A DNA stretch of 64,000 bases from Rebecca billardiae RCC1528 (Eukaryota; Protista; Haptophyta), in assembly GCA_965240325.2 (NCBI GenBank), contig OZ251238.1:744001-808000 (forward strand), given 5' to 3'. A program made the translations under genes and the position numbers. The notes under the pieces were generated by a model. It was not told where the DNA came from, did no database searches, and saw nothing but the letters and a program-made list of their open reading frames with translations. Positions 1-12,095 of this stretch are shown here, in pieces (positions within the stretch are counted from its first letter, which is position 1; each line of letters opens with the position of its first letter).

Positions 1-250
1 CGACCCGACGATCTCGGATGAAGGTGCTGCGTGAGGCGGCGCGTGCTGCGCTCCGTATGTGCGCATCGCGTCGTCGTACGGTGCCAGACTCCCGTAGGCG
101 GCGCGAACGACGGGCCCGCGCCGCGGACTGCGGACGAGGCCTGCCGGGCCCTGAATAAGCAGCCTTATAGAATATAGGATCCGACTGCTGATGTTGACCC
201 AGCCAGTACTCAGTGATGACGATGAGTCTGTCGACGATATATCTTATTTA

Positions 251-269
251 ATATATATATATATATATA
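251..269. repeat. (AT)n microsatellite
   Basis: Direct reading. Confidence 0.9.
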
Positions 270-455
270 ATTATATTCTGATGAGATCATCGTCGTCATC
301 ATGCATCGATCAGATCGACGCGCGCAGCAGCCTCACGAGCAGCGTCGTGCTAAGCAGCCATAAGCCATACGATACAGCAGGCGTCAGCAGCCCGGCAGTC
401 TCCACCGCCCGCCAACGTCTGAACGTGGACTCGCGCGCGGTTGGCTCGCGTCGGC

Positions 456-2800
456 TCAGTCGCACTTGATCGCGCGGTAGATGCGGCGCACGAATGCGAA
501 CGCCGAGAAGAAGCCGATCATGCCGAGCATGGTGAACGCCGCGAACGACATCATCGCCATGTACCCGAAGAAGAAGGAGGTCTGCATGAAGCCAAACATG
601 TTCGATCGCTCAAAGTAGTAGAAGATGGAGTAGGCGAACACAAAGAAGCCGGTCGAGCCTGCGTGCACGGCGCAGCGCCGCATGGCAGCGGGCGCGCGCG
701 TGGTGAGCGCGGCGCCCTCGCAGCGCCCCCACCCCGCCCCGCCGCAGCGCGCGCGCGGCACGTGCTCGGGGCGGTGCGCGGCGCGCACCGCCCGAGAAGA
801 AGGAGCGCCACCACCACCGGTGGTCCTCGATCGCCAGCTGGAAGTAGGTGAGCGCGATTGTGATGAACGAGGTCACGATGATCAGCATCGAGAAGGCGAT
901 GAAGAGCACGCCGTACAGCGTGTACAGCTTGTGCCCCCACACGCTCGCAAAGATGTAGTGCAGCTCGATGTAGATGGCTGAGAAGGGCAGGAAGCCTGCA
1001 GCAGCCAGCCGACAACACGTGCGAGCGCGTGGCGCGCGGGCCACAGGGCGCGTGGGCACCCGCGCCGCGCGCCGCGCGCGCACTGACCGGTCTCCGCGCG
1101 CGCGTGCGCGCGCGGTGTGTGTGCACGCGCGCGCGCGCGCCCACCTGCCATGAAGACCTGGCACGCGGACTGGCGGTACCACGGGATCGGCGGGATCTCG
1201 CGCGGGATCTTGCTCGTGCGGCACGGCGGCTCAAACGCGTTTCGCTGCGCCCAGCTGCGGCCGGCAAGCCCGCCGAGCACGGCGAGAGGGAGCGACACGA
1301 GTGCCCAGAGCAGGATGACGATGACGATCGTGCCGAACGGCAGCGCCGCCGTCGAGTCGTACGCGATGGCCACGGTGTTGAGGAAGCAGAACGTGCAGAA
1401 GAACGGCACGGGGAACAGGCACGCCGCGAGCACCAGATTCCACGCCCACCGCCCGCCTGCGCCCGCGCCCGAGAAATTGCTGTACGCGGCCGCGGAGACG
1501 AAGCCGGCGATGCCCGCCGTCGTGGCGTACAGCACCACCGCCGCCGAGTAGATCGCGCCGCGGTTGCCCGGGTAGAACGTGTTCATCAGCGCGAGGATGA
1601 GCAGGCAGAAGACGAGCGCCAGCAGCTGCCCGCCCGTCCCGAGCAGCGCGCACAGCAGCGAGCCCTGCGGCGGCACCCGGAACACGTCTCCGTGCACCAG
1701 CTTCCAGCCTGCGAAGGCGGCGGGCGGCGTGGCGGGCGGCGTGGCGGGCGCGGGCGGCGCCGCTCGGCACCGCGCGGCCCGCCGTGCGCGCGCCGCGCGC
1801 GCGCCGCCGGTGCGCGGGCGTCGGCGCAGCACCGCGTGTGCGTGCGCACGCGCACCTGTCTCGTCCTCGTCGTCCTCCTCCTCGTCTGCGCGTGTGTACC
1901 GTGTGAAGTCGTTCTTGAGGACTCGCATGAGGATGATCGCGAGGAAGCCGGTGAGCAGGAGCACGAGCACGAACGAGTTGATGATCGAGAGCCAGTGGAT
2001 CTCGAACGACTGCGGCATGAACGAGTACTGCGAGTAGCGCTCCATCCGGCGCTCATACGGCACGTCACTCAACTGCCAGCGCACCGCGTACGTGAACTCG
2101 ACCTGCTGGCCGACGGCGTTGCCTATGTCCTTGCGCTGCAGCGGGTCGGCGGAGACGTTCACGTCGATCACGTGCTCGCCGTTGTACGACAGCGAGAAGT
2201 CGAGGTGCGTGAACAGGTAGTAGCGCGTCGTGTTGTCGTCGTTCAGACCGGGCGCGGCCGAGGTCTCGAGCTCGCCGACGTAGCCCCAGATGGGCAGGTC
2301 GTCGAGCAGGAGCTCGAAGTAGTAGTCGTCGACGATGGCCTGCTTGAACTTGGCCGCCTTCTCGTCGTCGAGCGTCACCTTGCACAGCGGCTGCCACTGC
2401 ATGTCCACGCGGAAGCGGATGTCGTAGAGCGTCTTTGTCGCGCGGTCGCCCTTCAGCACCTCGCCCAGGTCGAGCCACTTCTCCTCGAGCTCCTTCGGGC
2501 GGCAGAACGGGAGCGAGAAGAACTGGTACAGCTCCGACGGGTTCGCGAACGGCCCTACCTGCGCATGACCGGGAGGTGTGCGCAAGCATGCGTGCGCAGC
2601 GCGCTCAGCCATGTGCCGCCGCTGAGGGCGCGCAGGGCGCGCGCGCTCGCGGCCGACACAGGCCGGGGCGCGGCGGCGGCCGCGTTGTGGGGCGCGTGCT
2701 GCCTTGTCCGTGCCTTGTTGGCATACAGCGTGATCGGCTCGCCCTCCTCATATGCGCCCGCGAGCGGGAGGACGAGCGCGACGGTCACAAGCCAGCGCAT
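456..2800 (-). CDS. Transmembrane 9 superfamily (TM9SF/EMP70/nonaspanin) protein, 5 exons
   Basis: Signal peptide [16 protein letters not shown], then YANK|[58 protein letters not shown] and C-terminal IKCD (KxD Golgi-type tail). Introns 2559-2713 (GC-AG), 1709-1855, 996-1144 and 659-788 splice in frame. Confidence 0.95.
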
Positions 2801-3410
2801 CGCCCACAGCTCGCGTTGGGCATACGCTGCTGCACAAGAACGATGGCGGCCAGCGGCACAACAAAGAATTGATGGCGGCGGGAAATTGAAAATGCGCATC
2901 ATTGTAGGGGGGCAGGGCTGCGGGTGGCGCACTGCCTGACCTGGTCGGAAGGCGCGGACGCATTCTATATGTGTCTGCTGCATTCAGAATGATCGGATGA
3001 TAATCCTTTGTTGTGCACGTTAAAACATATATAGAATCTCGCCTGCCTGAGCTGTGTGCGTCTCTTATTCTTAGTAAACTGTAGAGTGAGGAAAAGTTTC
3101 TAAAGTTTATGGGGGTATCCATAGACCCCGTCAGTAATATAGTAGTATCAGCACCATTGCTATACGTACATACGTAGCAGCGGCGACGGCCGCCACAGTG
3201 CGCACACGAATGTGACACTGAAATCCTAGCTGACTTCTGGATGAGGCGGACATGGTGTAGCCTTGCGGACCCACAAGTCGCGTCACGGCGACCTGTCGAG
3301 GACGATGGCATCGCCAGTATTGTCCGTCTCGACTCTCGTTCATCGTTGATTCGCCGATGACGTGGTCGTGCGGCGCCGCGCCGCGGCAGTCTGTGGCCCG
3401 ACGGCGGCCG

Positions 3411-6400
3411 CTACGGCACCCAGAACTTGGTGTTGTTCGCCGTCTTATCCACGGCGAGCTTCTTCCACGCGCCGTTGCACTCGCTGATCACCTCCTTGGC
3501 CTTGGCGGCGTCGTCGGGTGTGTCGGAGACGAGCACGTTCACCGCCTTGCCGTCGGTCGTTTTGTACATCTTGAGCCAGTCGACGAGCGCGGCGAGCACG
3601 CCGGGCTTCTGGGTCTCGAGGTCGGAGATCGAGTTGATCGAGGCGGCGTTCGGGTCGTCGAGCGCGAGCGCGATGATCTTGTGGTCGAGCTCGCCCTGGT
3701 CGATCAGCTTCAGGTTGCCCAGCACCTTCACCGGCACGATCTCGCCCACCTTGCGCGCCTTGTCGCCCAGCTCGACAATGTCGAGCGGGTCGTTGTCGCC
3801 CGCGTTGCCGTCGAACTTGGTCGCCGGGTCCTCCCACGTCTGCGGCAGCAGCCCGTAGTTGAAGAAGGTGAGGCCGTACGTGTACTCGCGCACCTTGCCC
3901 TTCTTCGTGTCGTGCATGATCGGGTTGCCCGGCACCTCCTTCTGCACCTCGAGCTTCGACGTCGTCCCGCGCGGGATCTCCACGATCATGTTGAACGAGT
4001 CGGCACCGTCACCCTGCAGCTTGACGTGGTGCCAGGGCGACACCTTGGGCGCGGCCGACGCGCCCTCGGCGAGCTGCGGCGTGCTCGCGTCGAAGGAGAT
4101 CGAGAAGTGCAGCGTGTTGTACATGCCGTCCGGCTTTGCGTGCGGCGCGAGCGGCGGCACCTCGTGCTGCACCGAGTACTTGACCTGCGAGAGCACGACG
4201 CGGCGGCGGCGCGCGCGAGGTCGGGCGATGGGGTGTGCGGCGCGCAGCGTGAGCGGAGCGCGCGGCGGGCGGGCGCGCGCAGGCTGCCGGCGCGCGCGGC
4301 GCGAGAAGTTGCGACGCGGGCACCAGCACCGCCACCGCCGCTCGCGCCGCCGCGCGTGCGTGCGCGTACCCACTCCTTCGTGTCCTTGTTCTGGTAGTAG
4401 TCGATCATCTTCGCCCAGCCGCCCGGCACCATGAAGCCCGGAGGGATGCACTTCTCCTTGACAAGGTCGGTCGGGATTGTGTCGGGGCACGGGTGCGCGC
4501 CGAGCGCGGCGAGCGTGCGCATCTTGGTGCCCGAGATCGAGATGAAGTCGTCCTTGCGCGAGGAGTCCTTCGGCTTCATCGTGTGGTCCTTCACGTCGTA
4601 GTACACCTGAGGCGGATCGGGGGCGGGCGGGCGGGCGATGCGTCAGCGCACGGGTCCGTGGCAGGCGAGCGCCGGGCGCGGCCGTCACGAGCCGCGAGCG
4701 AGCGCCAAGCGCGCGCACAGCCCAGGTAGGGGAGACGGCAGCCAGCACGGCGAGCGGTGACCGGGCCGTCGAGAGCCGGGCGCTCACGAGCACCCCGCAC
4801 GCACGCGGCCGTGGGCACACGCGCGCTCCTCCCCGACCGCCCGCTGCTCCCATCCCGCCCGTCCCCGTCCGACCGGCCGCGCGCCCGGCCGCGCGCCCAG
4901 CCGCGCGCCCCGCTGTGCGAGCGCTCGCACCTTGTCAAACGCGAGGAACTCCATGTCACCCACGCCCGGCGAGTACGAGAGGACGTAACGGCCGTGGTCC
5001 GGGTGGTACAAGTCGTCGCCCTTGGCCGGGCCCTCCGAGGTCCGCGGCATGCCCGCGGGGTCGCGGCCCACCACGAAGAAGGACGCGCCGCCGATGCGCC
5101 GCGACTTTGCGTGGAACTGGACCTCAGTCGGCCCCGCGTAGATCATGGGCGATGGCCAGATGGCCATCACCGTCGACTCCTCGTCGAGCATGCCCTCCTT
5201 GATCACCGCCTCGTGCTGCTTCACGCGCACGTCGAGCGGCACGTCCGACGCCTTCGTCCACCCGCCGAGCGGCGAGAGCCACAGCACCGGGTTCTGGTAC
5301 CCGCGCTTCTTGAGCTGGCGCTGCGCGTCGCGCATCAGGAAGGCGTGGCCGGCGTGCGTCGGGTTGCGAGTCTGGAAGGCAAAGACCGTGTCGGCGTTCT
5401 TCCGCTTGAACTCGGCGCGCAGCTCGTTGACCGTCAAGCGGAACTGGTCGAGGCCGTCGTCGTACTGCGCGAGGGCGGCACGCGCGGCACGCACGGGCGG
5501 CGCGGGGAGGGCGTGAGCGCGCGGCGCGCAACGCGGGGGCCGGCGCGGGCGGCGCGGCGCGGCGCCGGCGCCGGCGCGGCGGCGCGGCGCGCTGCGAGCC
5601 GCGCACGCGCGCGCGCTCCGGCGCGCGGTGCGTGCGTGCGCACCTTGATCTTGCCAAGCAGCTCGACCTCGCCGCCAACGAGCCAGTTGCCCGCCGTGCG
5701 GATCAGTGTGATGTACGGGTGGTCCGGGTCCTCCACGCCGAAGCAGCGCGCGATGATCTCCTCCTTGCGGTGCTCGTACACCTCGGGGTTGCGCATGATG
5801 GCGAGCGGCTTGCCCGCGGCGTTGTACAGCGTGATCGCCTTCGCCTTCTCGATCTGCCGCTTGGTGAAGTCGGTGACTGGGAGGACGATGGGCACGGGCA
5901 TCGAGACGCGCATCGGCGGGTACGTCTCCGTGTGCAGCCAGTCCGTCTTCCGCTCGAGGTACCCGGCCATCCCGGTGAAGTTGTGCGGGTCCACTACCCA
6001 CGAGTTGAAGTGCAGCGCCTGCATCAACGGGCCCTCGCGCATGAAGCCGCGCAGCGGCGAGGCCCAGCCCTCGCCGATGACCTGCAGCCAGTTGACGTCG
6101 ACGTCGCGCAGCGGCACGCCCGGCAGCGTCTTCGCCTCCTCGAGCAGCGCGGGCAGGTCGTCGCGCTTCGCCACCAGGTCGACGACCGCGCCGCCGTCGG
6201 GCGGCGCGAGCGCGCCGTCCTCGCCCGCCTCGGCGCGCAGCAGCCCGCGCTTCGTCAGCTCCTTGATGATGAAGCTGACGGACTCCTGCGGCGTCATCTG
6301 GTGGGTGGGGATGGTGATCTCCGGGTTGAGCGGCGTCTCGTACGGCGCGTCGATCCCCGTGAACCCCTTGATCTCGCCCGCCGCCGCCTTCTTGTACAGG

Positions 6401-7380
6401 CCCTTCGGGTCGCGCGCCTTGACGACGTCGAGCGGCACGTCCAGGTACGTCTCGAGGAAGGGGAGGCCCTTGTCGCGGTGGAGCATGCGCGCCTTGTTCC
6501 GCGCGTCGCGGTACGGCGAGATCAGCGTCACCATCGTGATCACGCCCGCGTCGGCGAACAGCGCCGCCGTCTCCGACGCGCGCCGCACGGACTCGGAGCG
6601 GTCGGCGGGCGAAAAGCCGAGGTCTCGCGTGAGGCCCGTGCGCAGGTTGTCGCCGTCGATGCGGTAGACCACCTTGCCGTGGCGGAAGGTGAGCTCCCGC
6701 TCGAGCAGCTCGGTGATCGTCGTCTTCCCCGAGCCCGACAGCCCCGTGAACCACAGCGTCGCGCCCTGCTGCCCGATGCGCGCGAAGCGCTGCGAGCGGT
6801 CGGCGCGGCAGTCCTTGCCAGGCGCGCACTCCATGATGTTGCCCGCGCCGTTGCGCAGCATCTTCTCGCGGTACTCGCCGGCGACCTTGGCCGAGTCGGG
6901 TGGCGGGCAGCCCTCCCGCATCGAATCCGGGAACTCGATCTGCGGGCACTCGGGCTTCGGGCAGATGGGCGGCGGCACGGTCGGGCACGGCGCCTGCTGC
7001 GGGCAGACCGGCTTCGGGCACACCGGCGTGGGGTGGGGCTGCGACTTGAGCACCTCGCTCACTTGGCTCTTCACGTCGATGCACAGGTCAGCCGCCGTTG
7101 GGCACGGCCTGGGCGCCTCGTACGTCGCCTGCTGGTAGCCGATCAGCATGAGCGACGCGGCGAGCATGCCGCCGACAAACGCGAGGGGCGTCTTCATCCC
7201 GCCTGACCGAGGCCTTCTGACGTCAAAATCGTCGTCGTCGTCGAACGAGGATGAGTAACGGCCCTGCTCGGCGTCGGAAACAGCGTGCGGCGCCCGGGCG
7301 CGAGCCACGCGCTCAGCGCGGCGCACGGCGAGAGAGATTGGGCGTTAGCGCTGAAGCCGCCGCGGTGATGCACGCACCAT
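3411..7380 (-). CDS. APS kinase - ATP sulfurylase - soluble inorganic pyrophosphatase triple fusion (PAPS synthase-PPase) with N-terminal hydrophobic anchor
   Basis: APK: [42 protein letters not shown]: [52 protein letters not shown]. PPase: [34 protein letters not shown]. Introns 5465-5643, 4607-4930 and 4185-4369 are all phase 0 and join the domains in frame. Start is either ATG at 7380 plus intron 7264-7377, or ATG at 7197. Confidence 0.93.
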
Positions 7381-7563
7381 CCGAGCTGCCCGAGTCGCCC
7401 CACACCACGAAGCGGCGCCCGGACTCCATGGGCGTCATCTTCCAGTTAGACGTGCCGGCCGTTGAGCGTCCGGTCGGAAGCGTAACGCTTACGACGATGG
7501 GCATTTTCGATTTTAATTTCACGCCGCTAGAAATAGCCCGGTGCGGCTCCGATCGGGACGACG

Positions 7564-8412
7564 ATGTGGACTCGCCCTGCGCGAGCGCGCCCGTCCAAGC
7601 TGCTTGTGGCGGCCGTGCTCGCGGGCGCTGCGGGGACCGGATCGCCGCCACGGGGCACACCGCGGCTTCCACGCCGCGCACTCGTGGGCGCCCTGACCAC
7701 CAGCGCCGCCTCTGCGCTCCTCACGCCCGCGCGCGCCAGCGCGGACACGGTGCCCTTCGCCGAGCCCGGCAGCCGGGTGGCCACGCCGCGCGGCGCGGCG
7801 GCGCTCCTGCGCGAGCGCGCGAAGACGGGGGTCACGCGCACGGGATCGGTCCCCACCGAGGACGTCGTCATCGCGCCGGGCCGCCTGCGCGAGGAGCTCC
7901 GCGGCGTGGACGACCCGAGCACAATCGTCGAGCTCGCCTTCTCCTACCCAAGGCAGTGGAGCCTCGCGACCGGGCCGAACATCGACGTGCGCGACCTGCG
8001 CACGTCGGACGCGGCGTTCGTGCTCGCCACGCCGCTCCCAGCGGGCAAGCAGCTCGCCGACCTGCCGTCTTCCTTCTTCATCGACGTGCTTTTCAGCCCG
8101 GAGGGGAAATTCGGGCAGTACGGCCAGGTGGATGACAGGCGTGTCGTCTCCTCCCGGCTCGTCGAGGGCGCCGGGGGCGTGCCCAGCCGCGTGCTCGACA
8201 TCAAGTTCGCCGCGCTCTCATTCAACTACAACCTCGTCGAGCGGCGCCTGCTGCTCCGCGCCACGGCCGTGGGCGGCGGCGTGTACATGCTCGCGGCGTC
8301 GACGCTCAACACGCGCTACAGCAAGATGAGCGACACCATGCGCGACATCTGCGACTCGTTCGACGTGCACGTCGTGCGTGCTTCCCGCGCCGCGCCCGCG
8401 GACGGGGCGTGA
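7564..8412 (+). CDS. PsbP-domain thylakoid lumen protein
   Basis: Hydrophobic leader, then twin-arginine RRALVGALTTSAASALLTPARASA lumen signal. PsbP-like core AFSYPRQW...GKFGQYG...RATAVGGGVYMLAAS...ICDSFDV. Confidence 0.75.
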   Translation: MWTRPARARPSKLLVAAVLAGAAGTGSPPRGTPRLPRRALVGALTTSAASALLTPARASADTVPFAEPGSRVATPRGAAALLRERAKTGVTRTGSVPTEDVVIAPGRLREELRGVDDPSTIVELAFSYPRQWSLATGPNIDVRDLRTSDAAFVLATPLPAGKQLADLPSSFFIDVLFSPEGKFGQYGQVDDRRVVSSRLVEGAGGVPSRVLDIKFAALSFNYNLVERRLLLRATAVGGGVYMLAASTLNTRYSKMSDTMRDICDSFDVHVVRASRAAPADGA

Positions 8413-8583
8413 GGTCGCCGCCGCAATCGTCACTGCTGCGCCAGCGCCGCGCCAACCACGCGGCAGACGAACCAAATTCGACGCGGGGGCGGGGCAGCCA
8501 TGCTTACTGTACAGTTTATTTGTTTGCCGCGCCATCCTTACAGTAATCTGGAGATGATCCTCCGGCCGGTGGGATTGGGATGA

Positions 8584-9189
8584 ATGAAGCCCTTCGTCAG
8601 CATGGGCGCTTTGATCTCCATGCTCGGCGGGGGCTCCCTGCACGGGGGCGCCCGGCGCTTCGCGAAGGGCGTGTGGTACGACGAGCATGGGGGCGTCGAG
8701 CGGTCAGTATACGACGATCTGCGCTACGGGCACCACACGCAGCGCCCGATGGAGCGGCGCGTGCCCCTTGCGAAGGCGCCGCATCCTGGCTTTGATGGCT
8801 TCTGGGAGGACGACACTGTGATGGCGTTCGTGCCGAACAAGCCGTGCGCTGCCGAGCACCTGCTGATCGTGCCAAAGGACAACTCGATCAGGTCGGTGAA
8901 GGCCCTCGGGCCCGAGCACCTCGACCTCCTCCACCACCTGCGCGAGGTTGCCGTGGAGCAGCTCGAGTTGCGAGTCGCGCGGACTGACAGCCCGACGCAT
9001 GGAAACGTGCGCTTCGAGTTCAGCTTTCACGTGCCGCCATTCAACTCGATTGACCACTTGCACCTGCACGCCTTTGCCCTGCCTTTTGACTCGGCGTTCC
9101 GCCGCATCAAATACTACCCAGGCACGCCGTGGTGCGCCTCGTATGAGCAGGTGGTCACGCGGCTCATGCGCAGCAGCAGGCGGCGCTGA
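8584..9189 (+). CDS. HIT-family nucleotide hydrolase (HINT3/aprataxin-like)
   Basis: P-AAEHLLIVPK and FHVPPFNSIDHLHLH histidine triad. Confidence 0.88.
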   Translation: MKPFVSMGALISMLGGGSLHGGARRFAKGVWYDEHGGVERSVYDDLRYGHHTQRPMERRVPLAKAPHPGFDGFWEDDTVMAFVPNKPCAAEHLLIVPKDNSIRSVKALGPEHLDLLHHLREVAVEQLELRVARTDSPTHGNVRFEFSFHVPPFNSIDHLHLHAFALPFDSAFRRIKYYPGTPWCASYEQVVTRLMRSSRRR

Positions 9190-10090
9190 GGCCTCGCGCT
9201 GGCAGCGGTTGAGCGGTGATGCTGCCACTGCCAGTGGTCATCCTGAGCGCTGCGAACACGGCACGGTGTCTCATTGCGACTCTCTTCGGCGGCACCAGAC
9301 TGTGCAGCAGCGACTCTGAGCTCCGCCCGGCGGAGACTCAGACTCTCGTCCGGCTCCATCGTTTATGACTGCTGCTGGTCGACGGCTGCGGGCCTGCGGC
9401 GGCCCACGGCCACGCGGGTCCGACGGGCCGCGCAGTGATATTGATATTTGATTCGACATCATTCGTCCGTCGTGGGACGCGCGCGGCGTACGAGTATACT
9501 GACTCTCCGCCATGCTGCTCGGCTGCCTGCCTCCGGGTGCCCATAAGATCGAAGGCGCGCGGACCCGAGGCCGAGTGGCGAGTGGCCGAGTGGCGGCCCG
9601 GGCAGTCACTGTGAGTCAGTAGTACTAAGACGACTAGTAGACAGTAGCATGACTCCACTTTAAAAGTCCGCGCGGTAAGCCGTGTCACGTGACACGTGTG
9701 CGCAGCCGCGCCAGAGCGCTAGGGTAGGATACCGCAGCCAGTGCTACCGCCCGTACCGGCCGTACCGCGCGCTGTCACGCGGCGCCGCGCTGACCGCCTG
9801 ACGCCTCTGAGACCGTTCATGTGATGAGGGCCGCGACATAAGTTCCGGCATCAATAAGGCCTATGCTCGGGTGGTCAACAAGCATGCGCAGCACTGAGGC
9901 TGTCATTAGACATTATGGCATGGTTTTTAAATGACTCAGCGTTACTAGGCCCGTCTACCCGGTGGGCTGCTGGGTCGCCGGCGAGCGACGCCGAAGCCGG
10001 CCGAGTCGGACGACGCGGTGGCGGCCTGAGCTTCCATGGGGGTATGGGCGACCGGGATCGGCATGTATCATGTATGGGTGCAGGTCGTGC

Positions 10091-10549
10091 TCATTTCGCG
10101 AGCATGGCTGTGAGCGTCCCAGCGCGGTAGGCAGCCTGCGTGTCGTCGTTCCCGCCAATGTGGGTGCCGCGCACGAACACGTTGGGAACTGTGCGTTGCC
10201 GCGTCTTCTGAGCAAGCGCCGATTGGTAGGCATGCCCGTTGGGCAGCACGTCCAGATCAACGATCTTTGCATGCTTCATGCCCATGGCGCGGAACAACTC
10301 CTTCGTCTGCTGGCAGTGCGGGCAGTACGTCTTGGCGAACACGACGACATCGTGGGTGCGGATCAGGCCGTCAATCGTCGCGTGCAGGTCGGGAGCATCG
10401 GGCATCACTGTCCGAGGGGCGGGCTGGGAACGCTCTTTTAGAGACTTTGCGTCATGCTGGCCAGCTCGTCGGGATGCGGCTGCGTTGGGGTGCCCCTTCT
10501 TGAAGAAGCGCGTGAGCGCGGCGGGCAGGACGGGGAGGGCGTGGACCAT
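10091..10549 (-). CDS. Dithiol glutaredoxin
   Basis: VVVFAKTYCPHC, QRTVPNVFV and HIGGNDD motifs. Start uncertain (ATG 10549 or 10405). Confidence 0.9.
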   Translation of the reverse strand: MVHALPVLPAALTRFFKKGHPNAAASRRAGQHDAKSLKERSQPAPRTVMPDAPDLHATIDGLIRTHDVVVFAKTYCPHCQQTKELFRAMGMKHAKIVDLDVLPNGHAYQSALAQKTRQRTVPNVFVRGTHIGGNDDTQAAYRAGTLTAMLAK

Positions 10550-10851
10550 TGGATCAGTAGCGGACTCGAGTCTCGGACGTCCCTCGGTGCTGACCACTGG
10601 CAGCGGCAGTTCGGCTGGGGCGGCTCGGATATTCCGCGGAAGCTGCCGTTCTCCGATATTTGTTTTCGAGCGCCAGAAGCTTCTGCGAAGTCCCGCTGCC
10701 GCCGCCGCCTGAGGCTGATCACCTGACATGATGTTCATGATGAACAATGGCCGGACGGAGTTGGACCGGATAGTGTACAGGCTGCGGCTACGCCGGCAGG
10801 CTGCTTTGACAACAACAAGCGACCCAGCGTGTCTCACTGGACCAGTCACGT

Positions 10852-11940
10852 TCACACCGCGGCGGACCCTGCCGCCCTGGACGACTCCGGTGGCGGCAGC
10901 AACGACGTCGACTCTTCTGAGTCTTCAGTCGTGTCGCGGCTGTCGCGCGCCTCCGCTGCGGCGCTCACGCGCGCATCCGTGGCAGCGCGCTCACGCGCGC
11001 CTGCCTCGTACAGAGCGAGCGCGCCGATCACCATCGCGGCGCCCAGGGCGAGCGAGGCCGAGACGGGCGTAGCGTAGATCGCGTTGGCCGCGATCGCGGT
11101 GAGCACGATCTCGGCCCCGTTCGCCAGCTCCTTGACGACCGCCGAGAGCGTGCGCAGCAGCAGCGCGGTTGAGAAGCCGGCCAGAGCGCCCACGCACAGG
11201 ATGGCGAGGGCGCTGTGCGCGTACCCTGCAAAGAAGGCCTCGGTGCTCGTGAGGAGGTGCGGCTTGAAGAGCGCGATGTACAGCGCGTTGACGAGCACGC
11301 CCCACGCGTACAGCAGCGCGTTCCGCTGGAAGAAGCCCAGCGTCCTCATGCCCTGCCCGCTCGTCTGCAGCAGCCACTGCGAGTACACGCCCCCCACGCT
11401 GCCCAGGGCGCCCTGCAGCGCGATCAGCGAGAAGGACGAGAACGGCATCGGCTGCAGCCGCTCGTCGAGCTGGGCGAGCGCGCAGCCAAGGGCGATGAGC
11501 ACGAGCGCGACCCACTGCCGCCCGGTCAGCCAGCTGTTCTTCAGCCAGCGCCGCGCGAACAGGGCGGTGAAGATCACCTTGAAATTGATCAGCGTACGGA
11601 AGGTGGGCGCGTCCGTGAGCGAGAGGTTGACAAACTGGAGCATGTTGTACGCGCAGTACACGAGCGAGGGGACCGCGAAGTAGAGCACGGTATCCATGTG
11701 CCCGAGCACGCGCCAGAGCATCGGCGGCGAGTTCGGCAGCGCGGGGCCGTCCGCGCCGAGCGCGATCGCGAGCAGCGAGCACGCCAGCTTGAGCGCTTCG
11801 ATCAGCAGGCACATGCTCGCATAGTCGAAGGTGTAACCGCCGCCGCCGCCTCGCGCGGCGGCGCGCACGAGGAGGGTCTGCGTCGTCCAGAGCCCCACGT
11901 ACGCCACGCAGCACGCCGCCTCGGTGATGCGCCTGCGCAT
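10852..11940 (-). CDS. Nucleotide-sugar transporter (SLC35A / CMP-sialic acid, UDP-Gal type)
   Basis: Multi-TM protein with EALKL, FAVPSLVYCAYNMLQF, NFKVIFTALF, RQWVAL, GGVYSQWLL and NALLYAWG. Intronless. Confidence 0.88.
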   Translation of the reverse strand: MRRRITEAACCVAYVGLWTTQTLLVRAAARGGGGGYTFDYASMCLLIEALKLACSLLAIALGADGPALPNSPPMLWRVLGHMDTVLYFAVPSLVYCAYNMLQFVNLSLTDAPTFRTLINFKVIFTALFARRWLKNSWLTGRQWVALVLIALGCALAQLDERLQPMPFSSFSLIALQGALGSVGGVYSQWLLQTSGQGMRTLGFFQRNALLYAWGVLVNALYIALFKPHLLTSTEAFFAGYAHSALAILCVGALAGFSTALLLRTLSAVVKELANGAEIVLTAIAANAIYATPVSASLALGAAMVIGALALYEAGARERAATDARVSAAAEARDSRDTTEDSEESTSLLPPPESSRAAGSAAV

Positions 11941-12095
11941 CGCCCTCACGCACGTGTGGCACGGTCGCGCCGTCAGCGGTGAGCGGTCGCCATTGCTGTC
12001 GTACATCAATACCAGTACTGTACGACGACGGTTCGCCAATCGCCGATGGCCGAGACTCGGCGCCAAGTGCCAACAGACAAGGCAAGCGCGAGGAG

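Noticed and set aside
3411-4853. Pyrophosphatase as a separate gene
   Set aside because: Phase-0 intron 4185-4369 joins it in frame to ATP sulfurylase, and there is no stop or credible separate start.
1029-7206. Long antisense ORFs (1029-2939, 4757-6667, 5632-7206) and many similar Arg/Ala-rich ORFs elsewhere
   Set aside because: Shadow frames of very GC-rich genes with no motifs.
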